From contig CAWAHW010000002.1 of assembly GCA_963781885.1 (NCBI GenBank), positions 1,216,001-1,280,000 on the forward strand: DNA of 64,000 nucleotides, given 5' to 3'. The notes below the pieces were generated by a model. The model ran no database searches. It had not been told where the DNA came from and worked only from the letters and a program-made list of their open reading frames with translations. Position 1 is the stretch's first letter. Each line of letters starts with the position of its first letter. Below, piece by piece: positions 10,325-19,622 of the stretch. A program made the position numbers and the translations under genes. Origin of the DNA: an uncultured Spirochaetota bacterium. Its GTDB lineage: Bacteria > Spirochaetota > Spirochaetia > SZUA-6 > Fen-1364.

Positions 10325-10591
10325 ATGAGCGGTCCTGAGGATCAGATCGAAGAGAAAACCAGCGGCGGGCGCCGGCACTCGCGCGGCCTCTTCTTCCACT
10401 GGCTCATCGGTCTGTTTGGCCTGGGAACGGGAATGCTCGCGTTCCTCCTGCTTTCGACCGGTGACGTGGGATGGACGACGCCGCTCGTGATCCTGCTGTT
10501 GCTCTTCTTCGTGGCCGGCGTCGGGGCGCTCATCGCGGCGCTCGTCATCTCCGTGACAAGGAAGCCCGGCCGAAAGAGCACGCGGCCGTGA
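10325..10591 (+). CDS. Small membrane protein, hypothetical
   Basis: Two hydrophobic segments; GGAG upstream. Confidence 0.6.
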   Translation: MSGPEDQIEEKTSGGRRHSRGLFFHWLIGLFGLGTGMLAFLLLSTGDVGWTTPLVILLLLFFVAGVGALIAALVISVTRKPGRKSTRP

Positions 10592-10863
10592 CGTCCACCG
10601 GCATCTTCGATCGGCTGGCTGCCGCCTTTTCATCGTGGATCGGTTACGGCTGGCTCACGGCCTTTCTCATCTGGGCCGCGGGCACGATAGTCATCCTCCG
10701 CGTCGTCTACCGCTATTTCCTGGAAAGAATTGGCACCCGCATCCCGACCATTGTCATCTTTGCTCTGTGGACCATCATCGTCATGGGCATTGCCGGCCAC
10801 TATCTCGGCTACGGCCAGCCGGGGGAAAATAGGGCTACGCCGATGCCGGGCGAACACGCGTGA
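10588..10863 (+). CDS. Small membrane protein, hypothetical
   Basis: GTGA overlap with the previous stop; two TM segments. Confidence 0.55.
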   Translation: MTSTGIFDRLAAAFSSWIGYGWLTAFLIWAAGTIVILRVVYRYFLERIGTRIPTIVIFALWTIIVMGIAGHYLGYGQPGENRATPMPGEHA

Positions 10864-11614
10864 CCGGGTCCTGCCGGTAGAAGGCGGACAGGAGCGCGTA
10901 GACGTCGGGGTATTCCCCCCGCAGCAGGGTCGGCCTTTCGAAAAAGTATTCCGTGCAGACCGCGAAGAACTCCGCGTCATCTTCCACGGCATAGGGATCG
11001 ATCTTCACGCGACGCTTCTTGCGGCCCGTCTTCTTCTTGAGATCCGCGAATGCACCGGCAAAAACCGCGCTCCAGCGTGCAGGGTCCATGCCGTCGTGCA
11101 GCGCCGGCCTTCCGTTCACTTCGCCATCCAGCATGTCCAGGCGGTGGGCGGCTTCGTGAATGATCACGTTGTAGCCGTCACCCCAGCCCGATGCCTCGAC
11201 GTCCTTCCACGAGAGCACGACGGGGCCCGTGTCCCAGGATTCGCCGCTGTTGTCCTCGTCCCATTCGTGCACGACGCCCGCCTGGTCGTATCCGGTGTGC
11301 TCCTCGATGAAGACGTCCGGCACGACGACAACCGTCTCCCAGTTCTCGAAGCTTTCAAGGCCGAGGTTGAGGATGGGAAGGCATGCCTGCACCGCGATCA
11401 CCTCGCACATCGACGCGGTGAGCTCCAGACCGTCGGCGCCCTCGAATGTCTTTTCGTGCAGGAAGAGCGTGGAGAGAGCGCGCAAACGGCCGAGGTCCGC
11501 CTCCGACAGCCCCGCGAGGATGGGATGCTCCTCCACGAGCCACGTCCACGTGTCTGCGGGGAGAAGGGACTCCTTCAGTATGTGCTGTCGGCGCAGGCTT
11601 CGATAAAGGCCCAT
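10835..11614 (-). CDS. Zinc-dependent peptidase, M90/MtfA family
   Basis: IAVQACLPILNLGL, GPVVLSW, NVIIHEAAHRLD, AEFFAVCTEYFFE. Confidence 0.88.
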   Translation of the reverse strand: MGLYRSLRRQHILKESLLPADTWTWLVEEHPILAGLSEADLGRLRALSTLFLHEKTFEGADGLELTASMCEVIAVQACLPILNLGLESFENWETVVVVPDVFIEEHTGYDQAGVVHEWDEDNSGESWDTGPVVLSWKDVEASGWGDGYNVIIHEAAHRLDMLDGEVNGRPALHDGMDPARWSAVFAGAFADLKKKTGRKKRRVKIDPYAVEDDAEFFAVCTEYFFERPTLLRGEYPDVYALLSAFYRQDPVTRVRPASA

Positions 11615-11758
11615 TCTTTGCTCAAGGAAGCGCGGGAGCCAATCGGCGGCATCTCCGCGCATGCACAAGGTGCGCGCATTTTCTGCCACGGTCAAGCTCT
11701 TCCGTCGCTCGGCCTTTCCGCAGGCGGTCACATCAGCCCGTCAATGCGGGCTATTGGG

Positions 11759-12878
11759 TCACGAATGTGCCGATTCGGCGTCGAGGTACCTCTGCGCGAC
11801 TTCGCGGATCGACTCCGCGGTCGCCAGGAAAGCGTCCACGATGTCCGGATCGAAGTGACTTCCCGAGCTTTCCCGGATGATTGAGACGGCCATTTCGTGA
11901 GGGAACGCCGCCTTGTACACGCGTTTGCTCACCAGCGCATCGTAGACATCCACGACCGCCATGAGCCTTCCGGGAACGGCGATGGCCACTCCCGCCAGAC
12001 CCCGCGGGTATCCCATGCCGTCCCACCTCTCGTGATGCGACCAGGCGACTTCGCGCGCGAGGTGCAGGAATGAGGTCGGCGATTCAATGAGCTTCTCCGC
12101 CGCCATGATGGAGTTTCGACCGAGCGTGGTATGCGTTTTCATGATTTCGAACTCCTCCGCCGTCAGCTTCCCGGGCTTGAGGAGTATGCGGTCGGGAATC
12201 CCTACCTTGCCGATGCCATGGAGCGGGGCCGATTTGTAGAGGAGCTCGATGGTGTCGGGCGTGAGAAAGGACGAGAACCGTGGGTGGCCTTTCAGCCTGA
12301 GCGCGAGCATCTTCACGTAATGCTGGGTCCGGCGGATGTGATTGCCCGTTTCGTTGTCCCGTGTTTCCGCGAGCGACCCCATGGCCACCATTGTCACGTC
12401 CTGGATGGTGCTGATTTCCTGTGTCCTCCTCCCGACCTCCTGCTCGAGATACTCGCTCTTGTCACGCAGAAAGTCTCGCGCGCCCTTCAGTTGCAGGTGG
12501 GTCCGCACCCGCGCGGTCACGATAGCGGGACTGATCGGTTTCACAATGTAGTCGACTGCTCCGAGCTCGAGACCTTTCTGTTCGTCGGCGGCATCCGACT
12601 TTGCTGTAAGGAAGATGACCGGTATGTCGGTTGTGGTTGGATCGTCCCTCAGGCGCTGGCACACTTCGTACCCGTCCATTCCGGGCATCATGACGTCGAG
12701 GAGAATCAGGTCGGGAGGATGTGTCATGAGACGCGACCTCCAGGGCCTTCGCGCCGCCCGTGGCAACCTTCACCCGGTAGGTGGTGTTGAGAAGCGAGCT
12801 CATGAGCGCAAGGTTTTCGGGCGCGTCATCGACGATCAAGATGGTCTGCGTCCTGGCGTTTCTGGGCGTCTCTGACAT
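11759..12878 (-). CDS. Response regulator with HD-GYP domain (RpfG-like), apparent +1 frameshift near 12725
   Basis: ILIVDD in one frame, PDLILLDVMMP in the next; ETGNHIRR, HHERWDGMGYP; HD motif reads HG. Confidence 0.85.
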
Positions 12879-12893
12879 GGTGACACCCTGCGT

Positions 12894-14417
12894 CTATACG
12901 ATCCCGTTGTCGAGTCGCTGCAAGGCGTCCCAGGCGGCGGAGAAATCGTATGCGATGAGCTTTTCTCGCAGCAATTCCACCTTGTTCTCCGCATACGACG
13001 AGGCAAGTCTTCCCGAAACGCTCTCGAGATAGTCGAGGGCGTCGCTGTCACTTTCCTTGATGAGTGTCGTGAGTCGCGCGATGATGATTGTCCGTTCCGC
13101 GGCGTCCAGCTGTGAGCCTGCCCGCTGCACGGGGGCCCGGGACGGAAGGGTTTCCAGAATGCCTGCCGTGGCCTTCTGGAGAGCCGCCGCAAGACGGCGC
13201 AGATTCTCCTCAACGGCGGTCGGTGTGTCTTTTGTCTGGATCCGCCGCTCCAGTTCGCCGGAGAGCTCCTGCACCTCGACCACGCCAAGATTGCCCGCTA
13301 TTCCCTTGACGGTGTGTGCGAGATGCTCAGCCGTCGGACGGTCCCCTTTTTCGAGGGCTTCCGCAATCCTGGCGGGGGTCTCATGGTGCCCCTCTGCAAA
13401 TCGGCGCAAAAGAACCGCATAGAGCGAGGCATTTCCCGCCACTCGCTTCAATCCTGCGACCACGTCGACTCCCACGATCGGGGCAAGGGAAAACTTCTCC
13501 CCAACGTGAGGAGTCTCTTCCGGAATCTGCCCTTTCAGTGTCGGGCCGCGGTAGTACTTGCGGATAGTCTGGACCATGGCGTCGGGGTCGATAGGCTTGC
13601 TTATGTGATCATTCATGCCCGCTTCCAGTGCTTTCTCCCGCTCTTCGCTCAGGGCATGAGCGGTCATCGCAATGACGGGAATGCTCGTTCCCCACTCGGC
13701 GGCCCTGATGCGCCGGGTGGCTTCGTACCCGTCCATTTCTGGCATCTGGACATCCATCAGGACCAGGTCAATACGTGCGGCGTGATCCATCAGCCTCGCA
13801 ATGGACTCCTTTCCGTTGTTTGCGATTTCCACCCCCGCGCCAGCTGCCTGGAGCAGCTCCACGGCGATCTCCTGGTTGATCTCGTTGTCCTCGACCAGCA
13901 GGATGCGCGCGCCGCTGAGCATCCCGGCCTGGTCGTTGCCGGGCATCGATTCACGAAGCGCGGGCCGAATATCGGGGGCAAACACCTTCAGAATGGCATC
14001 CAGAAGGCTGGAGGGGGTCAGTGGCTTCAACAGGAAGTCGGCCGCACCCGCGTTCAGCGCGTTCTGGCGTTCCCCTTCTGCTCCCTCCGACGCGCTGAGC
14101 ATGATGGCGACGGGCGGCCGCGCGGCCTTCACGCCGGCGAGGATTCGCCGCGTGGCTTCAATACCGTCTATGCCCGGCATCCTCCAGTCCATGAGCATGA
14201 GGCCGAATGGATCACTCTCTTCAGCGTTCCTGACCGCCTCTATCGCGTCGCCTCCAGAGGCGACCGTCTTCACCCGGAAATGAAGAGAAAGAAGGGTGCG
14301 CTCGAGGATTTTTCGCGCCTCCTCGTTGTCATCGGCCACGAGGACCCGCATCCCATTCAGATCCACAGGGACTGCAGGGGGTATGTCGAGACTCTGGCGG
14401 GACCGAAGCTGCCCCAC
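12894..14417 (-). pseudogene. C-terminal REC-REC-HPt part of a hybrid histidine kinase, 5'-truncated
   Basis: Two receiver domains (VLVADDN, ILLVEDNEIN) and HPt (AHTVKGIAGNLG); no HisKA/HATPase upstream. Confidence 0.7.
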
Positions 14418-14721
14418 TTCATCCAGGGCCCTTTCAAATCAACCCAGTTCAGGTCGTGCGTTCTTCAGCTGTCTCGACGCACCCAGACTACGCATCTCGT
14501 CCTGATTAATATATTGCAGAGTGATAGGTATATCAAAGAAAAAAACGATTTCTATTCCGATCAGGAAGCCTTCCAGCTGGATTCAGATCTGCATCGGCAG
14601 TTGCGAATCGACCTCACCCAAATTCTAGCTGAATAGAGCACGATGCCTCACGGAAAAAACTAGCCCAGAATATCCGGGCTTCAAGACGATTTCTGTCGCC
14701 TTGGCACGGAGGTGGGCTGAG

Positions 14722-14955
14722 ATGGAGGTATCGATGACCGACAGGCGCACCATCATCAGGCGTAGCTTTCACCGCTACCAAGAGGCTGATCGGAAGACCA
14801 AAACACGAATCTTGAACCAGGTCATGGAGCAGACGATGTACCGCAGTCGCGCCTACCTGGCTTTGATCCTGCGCCAGTGGGGCAGGACCAACTGGCATTC
14901 GGGTCCGCGCGGACCCCTGCACAAATGGGCGAAGGGGACGTCCGCATCCCCGTAG
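14722..14955 (+). pseudogene. N-terminal fragment of a DDE/rve-type transposase
   Basis: RYQEADRKTKTRILNQV...YRSRAYLALILR resembles the RY..A.KKEK..ILDE..Y.R.YA..LL start of integrase-core transposases; ends after 77 aa. Confidence 0.55.
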
Positions 14956-15068
14956 GTTCTGCTAAGGACTGTAAGCCCTCTTGCAGTGCATCATGCGGTC
15001 CGCCGGTCTCTCTGAAATAGCTCGCCGTGGACGGGCGAAAGCTGCTCGCAGGCCGTTGGATTATAATA

Positions 15069-15097
15069 TTGACAGTTGCACTGCCACTGTATATTAT
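15069..15097 (+). promoter_or_regulatory. Sigma70 promoter with overlapping inverted repeat
   Basis: TTGACA-17 bp-TATTAT; arms taatattgacagt / actgtatatta. Confidence 0.7.
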
Positions 15098-15124
15098 GCT
15101 GTCGTGAGTCAAAGTGAGCGCGTC

Positions 15125-15652
15125 ATGAACATGCAGGCGCTGAGCGACCGGTCCGGAACGCCTGTTCGCACAATACGGTTCTACATCAGTCAGCGGCTGC
15201 TGGCGGGGCCGCAAGGTCGGGGTACTTCCAGCTCCTATGCGGAGGATCACCTGCGGCGCCTTCTTCTGATCAAACAGTTGACCCGCCGTCACGTGCCTTT
15301 GACAGAGATCCGTGACCATCTGGATGGGGTCTCCCCGGAGGCACTCGCGCAGGTCCTCGAGTTGGCGCAGAAGCAAAACGCCGCGGAGGCAAAGGTGCAG
15401 AAGAACTCGCCCCGGCAATATCTGTCAGAGCTATTGCGGGACGTTCATCTCCATCGAATGGGAAGCGAGCTCGGGAAGCCGTATGTGCCACAGCGGGAGG
15501 ACCGCGACGTATGGCGGAGGGTGAAGGTCGCCTCGGGTATAGAGCTCCACTACACTCTTGAGTCTGAGGAGAGGAACGCTGAGCTCGTGGCTGAGTTGAT
15601 CGATAGTACGCGACAGGTTGCGCAGAGAGCAAGCACGAGGAGGGGAACGTGA
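15125..15652 (+). CDS. MerR-family HTH regulator
   Basis: LSDRSGTPVRTIRFYISQRLL...YAEDHLRRLLLIK; C-terminal WRRVKVASGIELH. Confidence 0.85.
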   Translation: MNMQALSDRSGTPVRTIRFYISQRLLAGPQGRGTSSSYAEDHLRRLLLIKQLTRRHVPLTEIRDHLDGVSPEALAQVLELAQKQNAAEAKVQKNSPRQYLSELLRDVHLHRMGSELGKPYVPQREDRDVWRRVKVASGIELHYTLESEERNAELVAELIDSTRQVAQRASTRRGT

Positions 15653-17187
15653 TGGAAAATGGACATCCGGCAGAGGGAACGAACGGCCAGGAGGGCATGT
15701 TTCTTGGAGTTGGCGTAGAGAGACGACTGCTCAGGACCGTGAAGAGCGTGAGCCATATCGACCTGACAGTTCGTGCGCCGGTTGCGCATGGAGAAACCGG
15801 GCGGCCGCCGCTTGCTCTTTCCCTGGTGATCGACAGATCGGGCTCAATGCAGGGGAACAAGCTCATCACTGCCAAGCGCGCCGCACTCGCCGTCTTGGAC
15901 CGGCTGAGTGGTGAGGATATCGCGGCCGTCGTGGTCTTCGACAACATCATCGATCTGGTCCTTCCCGAAGGGCCGATAAATGATGAGAGAAAGGCACAGG
16001 CACGGGCCGCCCTCTCTCTCATAGAGGCGAGGTCCCAAACCGCGCTCCACGAGGGCGGGCTGACGGGATGTCGGTCCATTGCCGCGGATGTCATACAGGG
16101 CAGGAAACCCGAAAGGCTTTCCCGGTGCTTTCTGCTCACGGACGGGCTTGCAAACGTGGGCATGACCGACCCTGAGCAGATCGCGGCCCAGACGGCGGAT
16201 GTGCGGCAAAACACTGGGATATGCACAAGCACTTTCGGGATTGGGGATGACTATGATGAAAGGCTCCTTGCCCCTATGGCGGTTGCAGGCAGTGGCCAAT
16301 TCCACCACTTGCGGGATGAAGCGGACATTGCCGCCACCTTCGCGGGCGAACTCTCTGAGATGTTTGAGGTGACCGCGCGAAGCGTGAGCATTGAGATCCA
16401 GGCGGACCCCTCGGTGCATCCTGAGCTGGTCAGCCTGTACTGGGGGGCGAACGGCGCCGGCCCTGGCGTCCTCCGCGTCGATCTGGGTGACATGATCGGC
16501 GGTGAGGAACGGCACGTGGTGGCGCGGCTCGTCTTCGGCTGGGTTCCTGTTGGCGCGCGCATTCCTATGCGTGCCCGCGCGATCTGGCGCGATGGTCAGT
16601 ATCTCAGGGACGGGCCATGGCAGGAGCTCACTTTTGTGGGAGCCGATGACGCAGCCTGCTCCAGGGAAGCGCGGGACATGGCCGTGATGCACTGGGTGGG
16701 GTGTCATCACGCTGACAAGGCCAAGGCAGAGGCCCTGGCGCTCCACCGGCAAGGAGATACGGAGGAGGCCATCCACGTCCTGGAGGGCGTGATGCGGAAG
16801 ATGGGTGAATATGCCGCCGCGGACCCTGACCTGGTACGGGCCTTGAAAGAGCTTGGCGATCTCCGCGAGAAGCTCCTTATGGACCGCGTTTCTTCATCGA
16901 TGGCCAAAGAAATGAGCTATACCTCACACCTGAACTCACGAATGCAGCGGGACATGCGCCACGTCCTGACCGCTGGAAACGGTTCCTTTCGCCTCGTTAC
17001 ATCGCAAGAGTGTGGTCTTTGGGACGCCCTCCACTATGGGACTTATTCAGCCGGTCGCAGCCACCGCCGGAGTTACACTACGCCCGGCGCCAGCCTGCTT
17101 CTCAGTAGTCTCGCTAGGTTTTCTGACGCCAGGAAACGCCTGGCCTATGCTCCGGTGGAGGCCGACCATGGAAAAATACCAGCCTAA
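15649..17187 (+). CDS. von Willebrand factor A domain protein
   Basis: Intact MIDAS (DRSGS...T...LLTDG), STFGIGDDYDE; the tail after QRDMR may be read-through. Confidence 0.88.
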   Translation: MMENGHPAEGTNGQEGMFLGVGVERRLLRTVKSVSHIDLTVRAPVAHGETGRPPLALSLVIDRSGSMQGNKLITAKRAALAVLDRLSGEDIAAVVVFDNIIDLVLPEGPINDERKAQARAALSLIEARSQTALHEGGLTGCRSIAADVIQGRKPERLSRCFLLTDGLANVGMTDPEQIAAQTADVRQNTGICTSTFGIGDDYDERLLAPMAVAGSGQFHHLRDEADIAATFAGELSEMFEVTARSVSIEIQADPSVHPELVSLYWGANGAGPGVLRVDLGDMIGGEERHVVARLVFGWVPVGARIPMRARAIWRDGQYLRDGPWQELTFVGADDAACSREARDMAVMHWVGCHHADKAKAEALALHRQGDTEEAIHVLEGVMRKMGEYAAADPDLVRALKELGDLREKLLMDRVSSSMAKEMSYTSHLNSRMQRDMRHVLTAGNGSFRLVTSQECGLWDALHYGTYSAGRSHRRSYTTPGASLLLSSLARFSDARKRLAYAPVEADHGKIPA

Positions 17188-19483
17188 ACCGATTGACACT
17201 TCACACATTACGCTCCCAAAAGGCATTTTGAAGCTCAAGGAAAAGCTCGCGGAGAACGTGCACGATGTCTGGGCTCAGCAACGGATCAAGGACGGGTGGA
17301 CGTATGGGAAAAGGCGTAGCGACAGGACCAAGCGTCACCCCTGCCTTGTGCCGTACAGGGAGCTTCCGGTTTCAGAGAAAAGGTATGACCGCAGCACCAT
17401 GGAGGAGACCATCAAATGCATACTTGCTCTCGGGTATACCCTGGATTCTGCAAAACATGATGCTGAAGAGGACGATCCTGCCTTGCGTGAGCTCGAGTTG
17501 CTGCTCAAGAGCCCCAAGCCCGATTTCCTGGAGATGTTTCGGCTGTGGCAAAACAGGAATCCACTCGCCAGGCCCGAGACTCCGCGTCTGCACGAATTGT
17601 TCGCGAATCGCCTGATCAAGATGGAGGAATCTATCGTTGCATATGACGTCATCGCGCACGGTTTATCAATCTGGCCGAGCGATAAGAGCATGCTGCATAA
17701 AAAGGGCCTGGTGCTCGCGCGAACCGGCGCCACGGAAGAGGCCCTCTCCATAGCATCCGGCCTTGAACGGGTGACGGGGAAAAAGGATCCGCTCCATGAT
17801 GAAATCCTGGGGCTTCTGGGACGCTGCTACAAGGACCTTTGGGAGTATGAGCATGATTCAACGAGAAAGCGGGAACACCTCGAGCGCGCCTTCGAATTTT
17901 ATCAACGCGCGTTTCAGAGCCTGCGGGGAACCTATTATACGGGCATAAACGCGGCGCACATGGCGCTGCTCAAGGGGGACAGGGAAGAGGCGCTCAGGTT
18001 GGCGGAGATGGTGATAAGCTGCTGCGCATCCGAGCGGCGAAAAGGCGAGGATTCCTACTGGCTGTACGCAACCATGGGCCACGCTCTTCTGATAAAGGCG
18101 TTTCAGGAGCCGCGATTCATGGATGAGGCGGAGCACTGGCTCAGGAGCGCAGCGACCGCGGGCGCGGGCAACTACGGCGATCTCAATGCAACCAAGCGAA
18201 GCATCAGGCAGATCCGTGAAAATATCACGCTGCCACGGGAATTCGAGGAACGCGTGGAGAGTCTGCTCGCCCTATTCCAGTGCCCTTGCGTGGCCGTCTT
18301 CTCCGGGCACATGATCGACCAGCCGGGAAGGCCGGAACCTCGCTTCCCCCAGGGCATTGCTGCAAGGGTCAAGCGTGAGATCAAGCAAAAGCTCATGGAT
18401 CTGAATGTTCGCATTGGATTCGCCTCCGGCGCATGCGGCGCGGACATCCTGTTCCATGAGACACTTCTCGAACTCGGTGGCGAAACGCACGTGGTGCTGC
18501 CATTCAATCGCGATGAGTTCATGAAAACGACCGTTGGGGTCGGGGAGAACGCGGATTTTTGGAAGGGAAAGCTCAGGGCGATCCTGAAGAAGGCCAAGAG
18601 CGTCATCACCGTGTCAAGGCAGCAGACTGATTTCGGGTCGGTTTATTACGATTACGCGAATATCGTGCTGAACGGGCTCTCCCGGAACCAGGCCATGCAC
18701 CTGGACACGGACCTGGTGGCGCTCACGGTCTGGAACGGGAAGGCGGGGGATGGGCCGGGCGGTACCGCAAGCATGTATGGCTATTGGAAGGATGTGATGG
18801 GCCTTCCCAATATCCAGGTCATCAATCCACGGCAATTCTTGCCGGAGGGAGAGGTTGGGAACCTTACAGGCGCGGACATATCACCGGATGATATGACTAT
18901 CGAGCCGGCGAACGCCCAATCGCCGGTTGCATCACCGGTCGCGGCTGAGAGCATCAAGGCCATGCTGTTCGCAGATGTGGTGAAATTCAGTAGCCTCAAG
19001 GCGGGCCAGATCCCTGCTTTTGTCAAGAGTTTTATGGGCGCCATCGCTGGATTGATCGAAAAGACAGAATACAAGCCGGAAACCAGAAACACGTGGGGCG
19101 ACGGTCTCTATTTCGTTTTCGACAAAGTTGAGCACGCGGGTCTGTTCGCGCTCGATTTGTGCGATCTGGTCTTGGGCACGAACTGGATGGAGAAGGGCTT
19201 GAACGATAATACGAGCATCCGAATTGCGCTGCACGCAGGCCCTGTTTTCTGCTGCGTGGATCCTATTCTCGGGGTGAAAAACTACACGGGCTATCATGTG
19301 AATACAGCCGCGCGTCTCGAGCCCATAACGCCCCCCGGCAATGTCTACGCCACCCAGCAATTTGCCGCGCTCGCGTCATTCCACGGGATTACGGGTTTTG
19401 CGTGCGACTATGTGGGTCAAATCCCCTTTCCCAAGGGCTTTGGCGCTTACCCGATCTACCATGTGAGGAGAGCACAGGGGTGA
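17168..19483 (+). CDS. RyR-repeat + TPR (DUF4071-like) + SLOG-like domain + class III nucleotide cyclase
   Basis: GGAGG RBS; YQPKPIDTS...LAENVHDVWA...GWTYG...HPCLVPY (RyR); LGLLGRCYKDLW, YYTGINAA; FSGHMIDQPGR, ACGADILF; FADV, TWGDG, IRIALHAGPV, VNTAARLE. Confidence 0.88.
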   Translation: MEKYQPKPIDTSHITLPKGILKLKEKLAENVHDVWAQQRIKDGWTYGKRRSDRTKRHPCLVPYRELPVSEKRYDRSTMEETIKCILALGYTLDSAKHDAEEDDPALRELELLLKSPKPDFLEMFRLWQNRNPLARPETPRLHELFANRLIKMEESIVAYDVIAHGLSIWPSDKSMLHKKGLVLARTGATEEALSIASGLERVTGKKDPLHDEILGLLGRCYKDLWEYEHDSTRKREHLERAFEFYQRAFQSLRGTYYTGINAAHMALLKGDREEALRLAEMVISCCASERRKGEDSYWLYATMGHALLIKAFQEPRFMDEAEHWLRSAATAGAGNYGDLNATKRSIRQIRENITLPREFEERVESLLALFQCPCVAVFSGHMIDQPGRPEPRFPQGIAARVKREIKQKLMDLNVRIGFASGACGADILFHETLLELGGETHVVLPFNRDEFMKTTVGVGENADFWKGKLRAILKKAKSVITVSRQQTDFGSVYYDYANIVLNGLSRNQAMHLDTDLVALTVWNGKAGDGPGGTASMYGYWKDVMGLPNIQVINPRQFLPEGEVGNLTGADISPDDMTIEPANAQSPVASPVAAESIKAMLFADVVKFSSLKAGQIPAFVKSFMGAIAGLIEKTEYKPETRNTWGDGLYFVFDKVEHAGLFALDLCDLVLGTNWMEKGLNDNTSIRIALHAGPVFCCVDPILGVKNYTGYHVNTAARLEPITPPGNVYATQQFAALASFHGITGFACDYVGQIPFPKGFGAYPIYHVRRAQG

Positions 19484-19622
19484 TCAGGAATTGCCGACGA
19501 TAGACAGCGAAAGTGCATTTCTGTACGCTCAGCCTGCAAAATAAACCATTTCCCAACACAGCACTGCAGCCGAGTGCCTGGAACTCAAGCCGTTTTTTTT
19601 TGCTTGGCTGCCGGAGATCTGC

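Noticed and set aside
14430-14640. Plus-strand open stretch ending ...DLTQILAE
   Set aside because: May be a gene tail, but has no start or recognisable motif
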